A stretch of 25,326 nucleotides of DNA. Origin: Candidatus Omnitrophota bacterium (lineage in GTDB: Bacteria; Omnitrophota; Gorgyraeia; JABMRG01; JAFGKX01). Both the position numbers and the translations under genes were made by a program. The notes beneath the pieces are model-generated. The model was not told the DNA's origin. It worked only from the letters and a program-made list of their open reading frames with translations, and ran no database searches. This document shows, one piece after another, positions 1 through 8,390 of this stretch (positions are counted from its first letter, which is position 1; each line of letters begins with the position of its first letter). Location of the stretch: NCBI GenBank assembly GCA_020354945.1, contig CP070655.1, forward strand, positions 927,022 to 952,347. Reading direction: 5' to 3'.

Positions 1-485
1 AATTTCTCCCGGATGATGAAAAAATTATCCCTTCTTTTATTATAATCTTCTATACCGAATCTTTTGCCTTTTATGTATTCTTTTAGCGACGGTATGTTTA
101 TAAATTTTGTTTTGGGAAATTTCGCTTTAAACCGCCCAGCTAAATAACCTTTCGATACCCCCTCTTCAATATAAATATTTTTAGGCATTATCTTGCTCTT
201 TTTAATTTTGACTTTATATTGGGGGTCAATGTCAAGCTCAGGAAGATAAGGCGTTGCCTCCTCGCCGGTTGCCATTAAAACCGGAAATCTTCTATTTATA
301 AGGTATTTTTTAAGATTTGAGAATTTAGGATATTCTTGAGGGCCATCTTTAATTATTCTTTTAAAAGAAAGGCTTTCTCTTTTTGATATCTCGTATAGAA
401 GGCGGGTTATCTGCTGTGCTTTATTGATTCCAAAAGATTGGAAATTTTTGCTAACGTATCTTTTTATAGTATCTGTGCTGGACAC
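1..485 (-). CDS. N-terminal part of a protein running off the window edge; possibly spore-photoproduct-lyase (SplB)-family radical SAM
   Basis: Manual translation from GTG at 485 is open to base 1 (MSSTDTIKRYVSKNF...IMPKNIYIEEGVSKGYLAGRFKAKFPK...DNFFIIREK). It is absent from the ORF track because no stop lies in the window. The family call rests only on the PKNIYIEE-like segment; no CxxxCxxC is visible in the window. Confidence 0.55.
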   Translation of the reverse strand, partial: MSSTDTIKRYVSKNFQSFGINKAQQITRLLYEISKRESLSFKRIIKDGPQEYPKFSNLKKYLINRRFPVLMATGEEATPYLPELDIDPQYKVKIKKSKIMPKNIYIEEGVSKGYLAGRFKAKFPKTKFINIPSLKEYIKGKRFGIEDYNKRRDNFFIIREK

Positions 486-489
486 AGGG

Positions 490-1092
490 TTATTTTAAAT
501 AAGGCCTTACGGTTTTATATATTTTAAAAGCTATTGCTTCATAGCCTTCAGAATTAGGGTGGATATTATCATATTTTAAATAGGGGTCTGTTAATATATC
601 TTCTAGCACCCTGGGTATGAATATAGAGCCTGTCTTTCCGGCTAATTTTTTAAAATCTCTTCTGTAACCGGACATAAAAAAACCGCAACTTATATCACAA
701 ACAGCGACAATTGCCCCTTTTTCCTGGATCTTCAATATTATCTCTTCCAGATTGCTTAAGGTCCTTTTTTTGGATATTCCATTTAGGTAATCATTACCGC
801 CCAATTCTACAATTACAAGATAAGGGTCGTTTTCTAAGACGTCTCTTTCCAGGCGCTGAAGCGCACCTTCGGTAGTATCACCAGATACACCGGCATTCAT
901 CACTTTGGTTTTTAGTAGTTTTTGCAAAAGCGAGGGATAGTCTTTTCCCTTTTCTGCTCCAACGCCATAGGTTATGCTGTCACCAAAGCAGATTACATTC
1001 TCCCCCCTGGAATCCAGATTCTGGATGGGAATGCTACAACCGCTAATAAAAAACAAAAATATAAATATAAATCTTGCGAGTATTTTAAACAT
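490..1092 (-). CDS. SGNH/GDSL arylesterase (TesA-like), probable lipoprotein
   Basis: FGDSIT, NAGVSGDTT, ELGGND and DNIHPN blocks; lipobox-like ISGC after a hydrophobic N-terminus. Confidence 0.9.
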   Translation of the reverse strand: MFKILARFIFIFLFFISGCSIPIQNLDSRGENVICFGDSITYGVGAEKGKDYPSLLQKLLKTKVMNAGVSGDTTEGALQRLERDVLENDPYLVIVELGGNDYLNGISKKRTLSNLEEIILKIQEKGAIVAVCDISCGFFMSGYRRDFKKLAGKTGSIFIPRVLEDILTDPYLKYDNIHPNSEGYEAIAFKIYKTVRPYLK

Positions 1093-1097
1093 TTAGA

Positions 1098-2018
1098 TTA
1101 CATATTGAGCCTGTTAATGTCTTCCTCAGAAAGCTCCCAGGTGGCTGAGAGTGCGTTCATTCGGGCTTGTTCGGGGTTTCTGCATCCCACTATAGCGCTT
1201 GTGACGCCTTCTTTTTGCCATATCCAGTTAAGGGCGATTTGATTCGGAGGCCTGTTCGTTTCTACTGAAATTTCATTTAACAAATTAACGATTTTTGAGG
1301 TCTTTTTGAATTCTTCTCCGGCATAATACTTATAGAAAAAGCTGCGCGCATCGGAGCTTTTAAATGTTTTTGGTTGCCTGTATTTTCCGGATAATATTCC
1401 GCCGCCGAGTGAACCGTAAGTAAGAACCCCTATCCCTTTTTCTTTACAGTACGGGATAACATCCTTCTCCATTGAGCGCTCCAAAAGCGAGAGGTGGTTT
1501 TGCAAAGTTGCAATATCAGCGAAATGCGGAATTTCTTTTAGCAACTCTAAATCGAAATTAGAAACGCCGATATATTTGATTTTACCTTCTTTCTTTAATT
1601 TAGACATTGCTGTCATGGTCTCTTTTATCGGAGTGTTAGGGTCAGGCCAGTGGCACTGGTATATGTCAATATAATCGACCTGAAGCCTTTTCAGGGATTG
1701 CTCCAATTCTGCTTTAATTGAATCCGGCTTTAAGTTATTTTTTATATTCGGCCCCTCGCCGATTAACCCGCATTTGGTTGCAATAATGACTTTGTCGCGT
1801 TTGCCTTTGATGGCTTTGCCTATAATTTCTTCCGATGTTCCGTAACCGTATATCGGAGCCGTATCAATCAAGTTCACCCCGCAATCAAGGGCGGATAAAA
1901 CTGCATCAATGGACTCTTTCTCTTGCGCACCTCCCCAATTTTCGCCGCCAAAGACCCATGTCCCTAAGGATATAACAGAAACATTTAAATCTGTGTTTGG
2001 TATTTTTTTGTACTTCAT
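1098..2018 (-). CDS. Aldo/keto reductase
   Basis: LGTW, IDTAPIYG, IATKCG, SLKRLQVDYIDIYQCHWPD, GKIKYIGVSNF motifs. Confidence 0.95.
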   Translation of the reverse strand: MKYKKIPNTDLNVSVISLGTWVFGGENWGGAQEKESIDAVLSALDCGVNLIDTAPIYGYGTSEEIIGKAIKGKRDKVIIATKCGLIGEGPNIKNNLKPDSIKAELEQSLKRLQVDYIDIYQCHWPDPNTPIKETMTAMSKLKKEGKIKYIGVSNFDLELLKEIPHFADIATLQNHLSLLERSMEKDVIPYCKEKGIGVLTYGSLGGGILSGKYRQPKTFKSSDARSFFYKYYAGEEFKKTSKIVNLLNEISVETNRPPNQIALNWIWQKEGVTSAIVGCRNPEQARMNALSATWELSEEDINRLNM

Positions 2019-2024
2019 AGTTAT

Positions 2025-2060
2025 GGGGACGTTTCCAAACCCGTTCGGGAACCTGTCCCC
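2025..2060. repeat. Palindromic REP-like element, family I (GGGGACGTTTCC...GGGAACCTGTCCCC)
   Basis: ggggacgtttccaaacccgttcgggaacctgtcccc forms an imperfect hairpin; related copies at 8268-8320 and 13571-13629. Confidence 0.85.
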
Positions 2061-2073
2061 GCCAGCGATGTCA

Positions 2074-2817
2074 CTAAATCTGAATTTCTGTATCGTCCAA
2101 AGACATAAATGTATCAGGGAATATCTTTTTTGCCTGAACTTCTGCTATTCTTCTATCTTCTAAAGTTGGAAAAAGGTGCGGGTTAAAATGTATCAGCGCC
2201 AGTCTTTTGGCATTTGCCTCTACTGCTATATTAGCAGCTGCCTCCGGATTAAGATGGGGCCAGTCCTCTCTATATACTCCGGATTTTAAAGAACACTCGC
2301 ACATAAGGAAATCAGCATCTTTTGCCAATCTAACTGTATTATTGCAGGGCCCTGTATCGGGGCAGTAAGTGATAATTTTCTTATCAATCTCTATTCGGTA
2401 TCCAAAACACCCTGCAGAGTGACAAAGCGGCCTGCATTCTACCGGAAAAGGTAGATTGTGCCTGCCTTCTTTCAGTTCAAATATTTCTACTTTATAATCT
2501 AATTTATCTATATTTATTGAAAAAGGAGGAGCAAAAATTTTATTTAACATTTCATTTGTTCCCTCAAGCCCGTATATTTTTATTCCTTGTGGAAACTTAA
2601 ATTTATTCAAAGTGTGAAGACCTGTAATGTGGTCAAGGTGAAAATGGCTTAAGAAGATATAAATCGGCCTGTTATCCTTTATAAATCTGTCAATTTTATA
2701 AAGGCCGTCTCCGGCATCGAAAATAATATAGAATTTTTCTGTCTCTATAAAAATAGAGGTTGTATTTCCGGTATTTGTGTTAAACCAGCCGTTTGTCCCA
2801 AGAAATATTAACTTCAC
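2074..2817 (-). CDS. MBL-fold metallo-hydrolase, RNase Z/BN-like
   Basis: FLGT start motif, FDAGDG, SHFHLDH, PDTG, LIH. The probable start is GTG at 2817, preceded by AGGAGGAG (ORF track start 2838). Confidence 0.85.
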   Translation of the reverse strand: MKLIFLGTNGWFNTNTGNTTSIFIETEKFYIIFDAGDGLYKIDRFIKDNRPIYIFLSHFHLDHITGLHTLNKFKFPQGIKIYGLEGTNEMLNKIFAPPFSINIDKLDYKVEIFELKEGRHNLPFPVECRPLCHSAGCFGYRIEIDKKIITYCPDTGPCNNTVRLAKDADFLMCECSLKSGVYREDWPHLNPEAAANIAVEANAKRLALIHFNPHLFPTLEDRRIAEVQAKKIFPDTFMSLDDTEIQI

Positions 2818-2903
2818 TTCTCCTCCTTTTTTCTTCAAATAATGGCACTCCTTGTAACTGTTTTATTTGCAAAGGGTTATGGATAAATTGTACCATCGTG
2901 CAG

Positions 2904-3335
2904 CTATTGTTTCTTATATAAGCCGATTAATTCAGCTTTACCCAGGATGTGCTCTTGTATTATTTCTTCTAAATCTTCTTTTCTAATCCCCTCATCCAAA
3001 TTAAGTTTTTCTTTAAGCGCGTAGATTTTAAAGAAATAACGGTGAGTGCCTGACGGCGGGCAGGGGCCGCCATAGTCTTTCCTGCCGAAATCATTAGTCC
3101 CCTGCTTTCCGGGAATGCAGTTTTGTTCAATTTTCGAAACTACAGGAATATCAAAAACAACCCAGTGAACCCAGGTCCCGGTAGTGGCATCCGGGTCATC
3201 AACTATTAATGCAAGGCTTTTAGCATCTTTGGGAACATCATCAATAACCAGTGGAGGATTTACATCATCCCCCTGGCAGGTAAATTTTTTAGGAATAAGT
3301 TTATTATTTTGAAATTCCGGGCTTGTTAGTTTCAT
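2904..3335 (-). CDS. YbhB/YbcL (PEBP/RKIP-like) protein
   Basis: LIVDDPDA, WVHWV, YGGPCPPSGTHRYFF; GGAGG SD upstream. Confidence 0.95.
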   Translation of the reverse strand: MKLTSPEFQNNKLIPKKFTCQGDDVNPPLVIDDVPKDAKSLALIVDDPDATTGTWVHWVVFDIPVVSKIEQNCIPGKQGTNDFGRKDYGGPCPPSGTHRYFFKIYALKEKLNLDEGIRKEDLEEIIQEHILGKAELIGLYKKQ

Positions 3336-3370
3336 CTTTTGCCTCCTTTTTTATTTAAGCATATCAGGCG

Positions 3371-3715
3371 TTAGCAGGTGAGATGGAATGCGCCTACTGC
3401 TCTTTTGCCTTTTTTAATCTGCTCATTAAAAAGCCGGCTGGCCAGTTTTGTATCTTCATCGATGATCTCTATATGCTTCTGCTTAAGTAGATTTTTGGTG
3501 GATGAAGGTATCTGCATGCAGCTTGAGGCACCTTTGCCGACTATTAAGACTTCCGGTTTATAATTTATAACTTCATCCAAATCTTCTATAGCTAAAGAAT
3601 GCCCTTGTTTGCGCCACCAGTTAGGCTTAACTTTATCAGGAAAGACGATTAAGTCTTCTTCATATATCTTGCCATCAACCGTCATAGAGCCAAAGGCATA
3701 AGAATCGATTTGCAT
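3371..3715 (-). CDS. Mth938-like domain protein (DUF498)
   Basis: IDSYAFG, WWRKQGH, PEVLIVGKG and C-terminal AFHLTC. Confidence 0.9.
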   Translation of the reverse strand: MQIDSYAFGSMTVDGKIYEEDLIVFPDKVKPNWWRKQGHSLAIEDLDEVINYKPEVLIVGKGASSCMQIPSSTKNLLKQKHIEIIDEDTKLASRLFNEQIKKGKRAVGAFHLTC

Positions 3716-3717
3716 AC

Positions 3718-4167
3718 TTAATCCGCCGCCTTTTTAACGAGTTTCTCTGTATTAAAATCTTTTATAGTGCGGAATGTTATAAAAATATAATAAGGATGCA
3801 CCGGGTTTCCTATACAATCTAAAATTAAATGGATAGAATACCCTGCAGTGATTGCAAAAAAGTATATATTTTTTGTATATATTGATACTATCCAGAGTAA
3901 AATAGCAAGTTCGCCTATATGAAAGACAAGATGTATTTTTCGAAATCTCTCTTCCCCTTCCAGTTTACAGGTTTGTTCGCATATCAGAAAAAACCTCTTA
4001 AAACTGAAATCCTTCCAGCCATAATGGATTATATATTCTATAATATGGTCGATATCGATAAAAATGCCGGAAATAAAGCATAGAATGCCGGCATACAGAG
4101 ACTTTGTAAAAAACCATATCAATGCTCCCATAGAAAGAGAGGTTATAGCGTGTGCACTTGATTTCAT
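3718..4167 (-). CDS. Membrane protein, putative metal-dependent hydrolase-like
   Basis: H near the N-terminus, IDIDH, FH and HLILD motifs with TM segments. The real start is probably ATG 4167; the ORF-track extension to 4248 is translated repeat DNA. Confidence 0.7.
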   Translation of the reverse strand: MKSSAHAITSLSMGALIWFFTKSLYAGILCFISGIFIDIDHIIEYIIHYGWKDFSFKRFFLICEQTCKLEGEERFRKIHLVFHIGELAILLWIVSIYTKNIYFFAITAGYSIHLILDCIGNPVHPYYIFITFRTIKDFNTEKLVKKAAD

Positions 4168-4177
4168 AGCATCACTT

Positions 4178-4246
4178 GGGGGCACCCTGCAGCACGAAAA
4201 GTTTTGCGGTATATGTTGCTCACTTTTCGTGCTGCAGGGCGTCCTC
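4178..4246. repeat. 69-bp palindromic element, family II, copy A; overlaps the DUF523 3' end
   Basis: Arms gggggcaccctgcagcacgaaaagt / acttttcgtgctgcagggcgtcctc (22 of 25 complementary). Its reverse complement matches 15425-15493 at 50/69 with no gaps (hand count). Confidence 0.9.
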
Positions 4247-4645
4247 ACCCATAACTTTAATACCGTTTTTCTTCAACAACGCTGTCGCAATACCATCGCC
4301 TTTAATAGTCTTACGCGAGAAACTTCCATCATATATTTTGCCGCACCCGCAGGCAGCGCTCCTTTGTTTAAAAATCGCCTCTTTTATATCAAGCAATCTT
4401 GCTAATTTTAAAACCTGGCTTGCTCCAATTTTAAAGTTTTTGGTAACGTCTTTTCCTGATTTTGTAATAACCTTTGCGCCTTTTCCTTCTGAAGGTTTTC
4501 TTGGGGTTGGCAAACCGCCTAATTGTTCTGGGCAGACAGGGATTAATGTCTCTTTTTTAGATAAGGCAATAACTTCTTTATCGGGCTTGCTTTTACCGTC
4601 GTATCTACATCTTATTCCCAGCAAACATGCGCTGCATAGTTTCAT
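4220..4645 (-). CDS. DUF523 / 2-thiouracil desulfurase-family protein
   Basis: SACLLG, CRYDG, PVCPEQLGGLPTPR, RSAACG, GDG motifs. Confidence 0.9.
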   Translation of the reverse strand: MKLCSACLLGIRCRYDGKSKPDKEVIALSKKETLIPVCPEQLGGLPTPRKPSEGKGAKVITKSGKDVTKNFKIGASQVLKLARLLDIKEAIFKQRSAACGCGKIYDGSFSRKTIKGDGIATALLKKNGIKVMGEDALQHEK

Positions 4646-4684
4646 GCTATATATTATTATATAATTTCATTTACTGGAATGTAT

Positions 4685-4795
4685 TTATCGTATATTGTTT
4701 TTATGAGCCTTGAGTTTATTCCGATGCATTCGCTTTCTTTCTCTTAGCAACCTTGGAATATTCTTTTGCCTTCTTGTTATTGTTGGTTTAGCCAT
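4685..4795 (-). CDS. Putative 36-aa highly basic small protein
   Basis: MAKPTITRRQKNIPRLLRERKRMHRNKLKAHKNNIR; its start overlaps the end of the purF-like gene and it fills the intergenic gap. Confidence 0.5.
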   Translation of the reverse strand: MAKPTITRRQKNIPRLLRERKRMHRNKLKAHKNNIR

Positions 4796-6248
4796 TTTTT
4801 AGTTGTAATTGCTTGTTACGCAATACGTTACAAAGAGTGTCGCCATTTATTCTTGGGCTTTCGCCTGTCCAGCAATAGAGACACAGGCCTTCCCTTGGCA
4901 GGCCAATGGCTCCTACCATATCATCTACTGTTTGGTATCTAAGGGTGGTGGCTTCTAAATCCTTTCTTATCCATTCTACCATTTTCTTATACTTCTGGGA
5001 ATTGTGGTCTATATATTCTGATACATCTTCTATATCCGGTCCTTCCAGATTACGGATAGCCCTGCGGGCAGCAAGTTCGTGAATGCTGCGTGTGGACAGA
5101 TTAAACCTGCACGGAAACATCAAAGGTGGGCAGGCGACTCTTATGTGAATCTCTTTTGCGCCGCAGCCCCATAGTTTTTTCACAGTGAAGTTTCTGAGCT
5201 GGGTTCCCCTTACGATAGAATCCTCACATACCACAATTTTATTTGCCTCAATTATCTCTTTTTTAGGGATGAGTTTCATCTTGGCTATTAAATTTCTGAC
5301 CTCCTGAGACGGTGGAGTATAACTTCTGCCATATCCTGTTGTATATTTCACCAAAGGCCTTCTATAAGGTTTGCCGCTCTCCATAGCGTATCCTAAAGCA
5401 TGGGCAATTCCTGAATCAGGGACTCCGGATACTACATCTATTTCTATATCCCGGTCTCGTCTGGCCAGGCATTGTCCGCATCTCTCCCTCACTGTTTCCA
5501 CATTTATTCCTTCGTAACCCGAGGCAGGGAAACCGGCATATATCCATAGGAATGCGCAGATCTGATTTATATTTCCTCCTGGTCTTCTCTGCGCAATGCC
5601 CTCCTCATTTATGAGAATTGTTTCCCCTGGCTCGAGATATTTCACTGTCTCGAGCCCGATATTTGGAAAGGTGCTGGTTTCGGATGTTACTGCCCAGGTA
5701 TTATCCCTTTTGCCGACTGCAAGGGGCGTATATCCAAACCTATCTCTGGCTGCATAGACACCGTCTTTGTTCAGCAATAAGAGCGAGCAGGAACCATCTA
5801 TTGCTTCGAACATCCGCTCGATGCCATCTATTAAATCATTACCCTGGGTAACCAATTTGGCTATTAGCTCTGTTGTATTAACCGCACCCCTGCTCACTTC
5901 ACTAAATGATGCACCCTTCTTTAAAAGCCTCTCTGCTAATTCTTCAGTGTTTTCAATAAGCCCGTTGGTTACTATGCAAAACGGGCCGAACTTAGAATTT
6001 AGATAAATAGGTTGTTCGTCAGAGGAGCTAATAGCGCCGATGCCTTTGTTGCCTTTCATTCGCTTGTAATCTTCATAGAATTTTGACTTAAATTGGCTCT
6101 GGCTTATATTGTGTATCTGGCGTACGAAATCCTCTCCTAATACTGCCATGCCCCCGTATTCTGTTCCAAGATGCGAATGATAATCTGTTCCGTAATACAA
6201 AGTCTCTGCGCAGTCTCCTTTAGAAACTACTCCAAAGATTCCACTCAT
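4788..6248 (-). CDS. purF: Amidophosphoribosyltransferase-like protein lacking the catalytic Cys1
   Basis: Ntn fold (NG, ARDRFGYTPL), PRTase motifs VPDSG and VVCEDSIVRGT, Fe-S cysteines (QICAF, CPP..PC, LCLYC). The N-terminus is MSGIFG rather than MCGIFG. Confidence 0.85.
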   Translation of the reverse strand: MSGIFGVVSKGDCAETLYYGTDYHSHLGTEYGGMAVLGEDFVRQIHNISQSQFKSKFYEDYKRMKGNKGIGAISSSDEQPIYLNSKFGPFCIVTNGLIENTEELAERLLKKGASFSEVSRGAVNTTELIAKLVTQGNDLIDGIERMFEAIDGSCSLLLLNKDGVYAARDRFGYTPLAVGKRDNTWAVTSETSTFPNIGLETVKYLEPGETILINEEGIAQRRPGGNINQICAFLWIYAGFPASGYEGINVETVRERCGQCLARRDRDIEIDVVSGVPDSGIAHALGYAMESGKPYRRPLVKYTTGYGRSYTPPSQEVRNLIAKMKLIPKKEIIEANKIVVCEDSIVRGTQLRNFTVKKLWGCGAKEIHIRVACPPLMFPCRFNLSTRSIHELAARRAIRNLEGPDIEDVSEYIDHNSQKYKKMVEWIRKDLEATTLRYQTVDDMVGAIGLPREGLCLYCWTGESPRINGDTLCNVLRNKQLQLKNG

Positions 6249-6300
6249 TTTATAACTCCATTTTAACGCTTTAACGCGTTTAGAAGACCTGGAAGAGCTG

Positions 6301-7266
6301 CTAAACAGCCTCTATGGTTGAAGGTGGTTTTTTGGTTACGTTATAAGTAACACTCACAACACCCGGAACTTCTGTCGTTATTCTTTCTGCTAATTTCTCT
6401 AAGGCCTCATAAGAAAGCCTGGTTGGTGAACCTGTTACCGCATCTTTGCTCTCCCAGCACCTTAGCTCTATTTGTAAACCATAATCTCTTTTTCCATCTC
6501 GCACACCGGTAACTTTATCTTGATGCAAAATTGCCATATACTGGAAAGCCCCTGTATCGGATAATTCTTCTTCAACAATCTTTGTAGCAGCCCTTACAAC
6601 CTCTACTCTTTTTTGTGTGACTTCTCCTATTATTCGCGCTGCTAAGGCAGGCCCCGGGAATGGCGGCCTGTTATATATTTGCTCCGGTAAGCCCAGAGTT
6701 TTCGCAACTTCTCTAACTGCCGGTTTTCTAAGTTGTATTATAGGTTCTATAACCTTATATCCGTATTGTTGTTGCGTATCTATACCTAATTGCTCAAGAA
6801 TGTTATGCTGCCTTTTAACCCCTGCGACGGTCTCTTCTACATCTGTATAATTGCTGCCCTGAAGAAGGTATTTCACCCCGCTTTCTTTTACCAGCCGGCC
6901 AAAAACATCTTTATAAAAAACTTGAGTAATAGCCTCTCTTTTTTGTTCAGGGCCTGTCAGGCCTTTTAATGCATTAAAGAACTCATTTTTGGCATCAACC
7001 ATTTCTACGGACACGCCCAGTTTTTTAAATAAAGAAACTACCATTTGCGGCTCGCCTCGCCTCATTATGCCGTTCTCTATAAAATATGTCTTAAGTCTGT
7101 CGCCCAAAGCCCTATGCCCTAACATAGTAACAGTCGAGGAATCGACACCGCCGGAGAGGGCGTTAATAACTAAACCATCGCCGGCAACAGAGGAGATTTC
7201 CTTTACCTTCTCTTCTATAAATTTCTGCGGTTGTAAATCTTCTAATTTTATTTCTTCGATTTTCAT
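6301..7266 (-). CDS. guaA: GMP synthase ATP-pyrophosphatase subunit (subunit B type, no GATase domain)
   Basis: ALSGGVDSS PP-loop, PEQKR, LLQG, QHN, RPPFPGPALAAR, YNVTKKPPSTIE; only 321 aa. Confidence 0.9.
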   Translation of the reverse strand: MKIEEIKLEDLQPQKFIEEKVKEISSVAGDGLVINALSGGVDSSTVTMLGHRALGDRLKTYFIENGIMRRGEPQMVVSLFKKLGVSVEMVDAKNEFFNALKGLTGPEQKREAITQVFYKDVFGRLVKESGVKYLLQGSNYTDVEETVAGVKRQHNILEQLGIDTQQQYGYKVIEPIIQLRKPAVREVAKTLGLPEQIYNRPPFPGPALAARIIGEVTQKRVEVVRAATKIVEEELSDTGAFQYMAILHQDKVTGVRDGKRDYGLQIELRCWESKDAVTGSPTRLSYEALEKLAERITTEVPGVVSVTYNVTKKPPSTIEAV

Positions 7267-7287
7267 TTCATTTTATTTCCTTTTCTT

Positions 7288-8118
7288 TCATCCATTAATA
7301 GCATTAACAGCATCTTTTGCAGCGCGCCGCACACCTATATATTCATCGTTTAACAACGGCTCAAGGTAGGGCAGGGCAGATTTATCCTTAATCTTCGCAA
7401 GCGCTTCAATTGTCCTTATCTTTATAGGTTTGTTTCCCGTATCTAATCTCTTTATCAGTGCTTCTACGACGATCTTATCTTTAAAATTAGATAGTATGTC
7501 TATAGTTTTTAAGACTATAGAAGTATTTGTATCGTTGAGCCTTTTGATTAAAGCCGGTATTGCTGATTTATCTTTAAACAATGCCAGCGCATCTAACGCC
7601 TTCATACGGATGCTTGCATATCTATCCGGAAGGGCCTCTATAAAATTAGAAACAGCGCTTTTATCTTTTAGTTTCATCAAAGCAGACATAGCTTCTAATC
7701 TCGCCTCTCCATAAGAGTCTTTTATCGCCTTCTTAAAAATATCGGCTAAATCTTTATTCTCCATTGCTCCAAGGGCTTTTATTGAAGCTAAGCGCAATCT
7801 ACGTTTAGGGCTGTTTGTCAATTCTTTAAGGACCGGTATCGCTTCTGCGGTTTTGTTAATTTCAAATATTTGAATTATGTCAACTTTTACAGAAGACTTT
7901 GCGTGTTCATCTTCTAAAACATTTATCAATTCGGCTGTGGCTGCCTCTTTTGCTTTAATAAGCATATTTTTGGCTGTTGCCCTTTCTCTTCTATCAGACA
8001 ACTGGTTAATCCATCCTTTGATATTCTCATTTTCGCCGCCATATAAATAATTTACTGGCAACAATAAAAATACCAAAGATATAACCGTTACCAAAACAAA
8101 AAACCTGTTTTGTCGCAT
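7288..8118 (-). CDS. Secreted HEAT/PBS-lyase repeat protein
   Basis: Signal-peptide-like N-terminus; about 31-aa repeats (R..A..AL...KDKSA.P.LI..L.D); AAGGAGGT SD. Confidence 0.9.
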   Translation of the reverse strand: MRQNRFFVLVTVISLVFLLLPVNYLYGGENENIKGWINQLSDRRERATAKNMLIKAKEAATAELINVLEDEHAKSSVKVDIIQIFEINKTAEAIPVLKELTNSPKRRLRLASIKALGAMENKDLADIFKKAIKDSYGEARLEAMSALMKLKDKSAVSNFIEALPDRYASIRMKALDALALFKDKSAIPALIKRLNDTNTSIVLKTIDILSNFKDKIVVEALIKRLDTGNKPIKIRTIEALAKIKDKSALPYLEPLLNDEYIGVRRAAKDAVNAING

Positions 8119-8158
8119 ACAGCACCTCCTTTATCTGTTTGTGTGGACGAACCACTAT

Positions 8159-8185
8159 ATTATAACAAAAAGACCAATTTAGCAA
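8159..8185 (-). promoter_or_regulatory. Putative sigma70 extended -10 promoter for the HEAT gene
   Basis: TGtTATAAT on the minus strand, with TTGCTA 15 nt upstream of TATAAT. Confidence 0.5.
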
Positions 8186-8193
8186 TTAAAATT

Positions 8194-8386
8194 AGGGACG
8201 TTTTTTGATGGCATAGTGAATGCCATAGCCATCAAGGAACCTTCCGGAATCAAGCTCCACGATGGCGGTTTCTAAAATTGTTTGGGAACCTGCCCTATTT
8301 TTGTTCGGAAACCTGCCCCCTTCAGTGGAAGACATGGGGACACTTCTGCAAACAAAACCATAAACGGTTCTATATGTTTCGAAGAG
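8194..8386. repeat. Composite cluster of palindromic elements
   Basis: Hairpin gggacgttttttgatggc...gccatcaaggaaccttcc (8195-8245); family I copy 8268-8320 (45/53 identical to 13577-13629); decayed ggggacacttc...tgtttcgaag (8336 onward). Confidence 0.75.
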
Positions 8387-8390
8387 ATAA

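Noticed and set aside
6262-6277. tttaacgc tandem duplication upstream of purF
   Set aside because: Only two 8-bp units; no recognisable operator or purine riboswitch fits in this 52-bp spacer.
7288-7800. Recurring ttatctttaa-like DNA motifs at about 93-bp spacing
   Set aside because: They reflect the KDK motif of protein HEAT repeats, not a DNA-level array.
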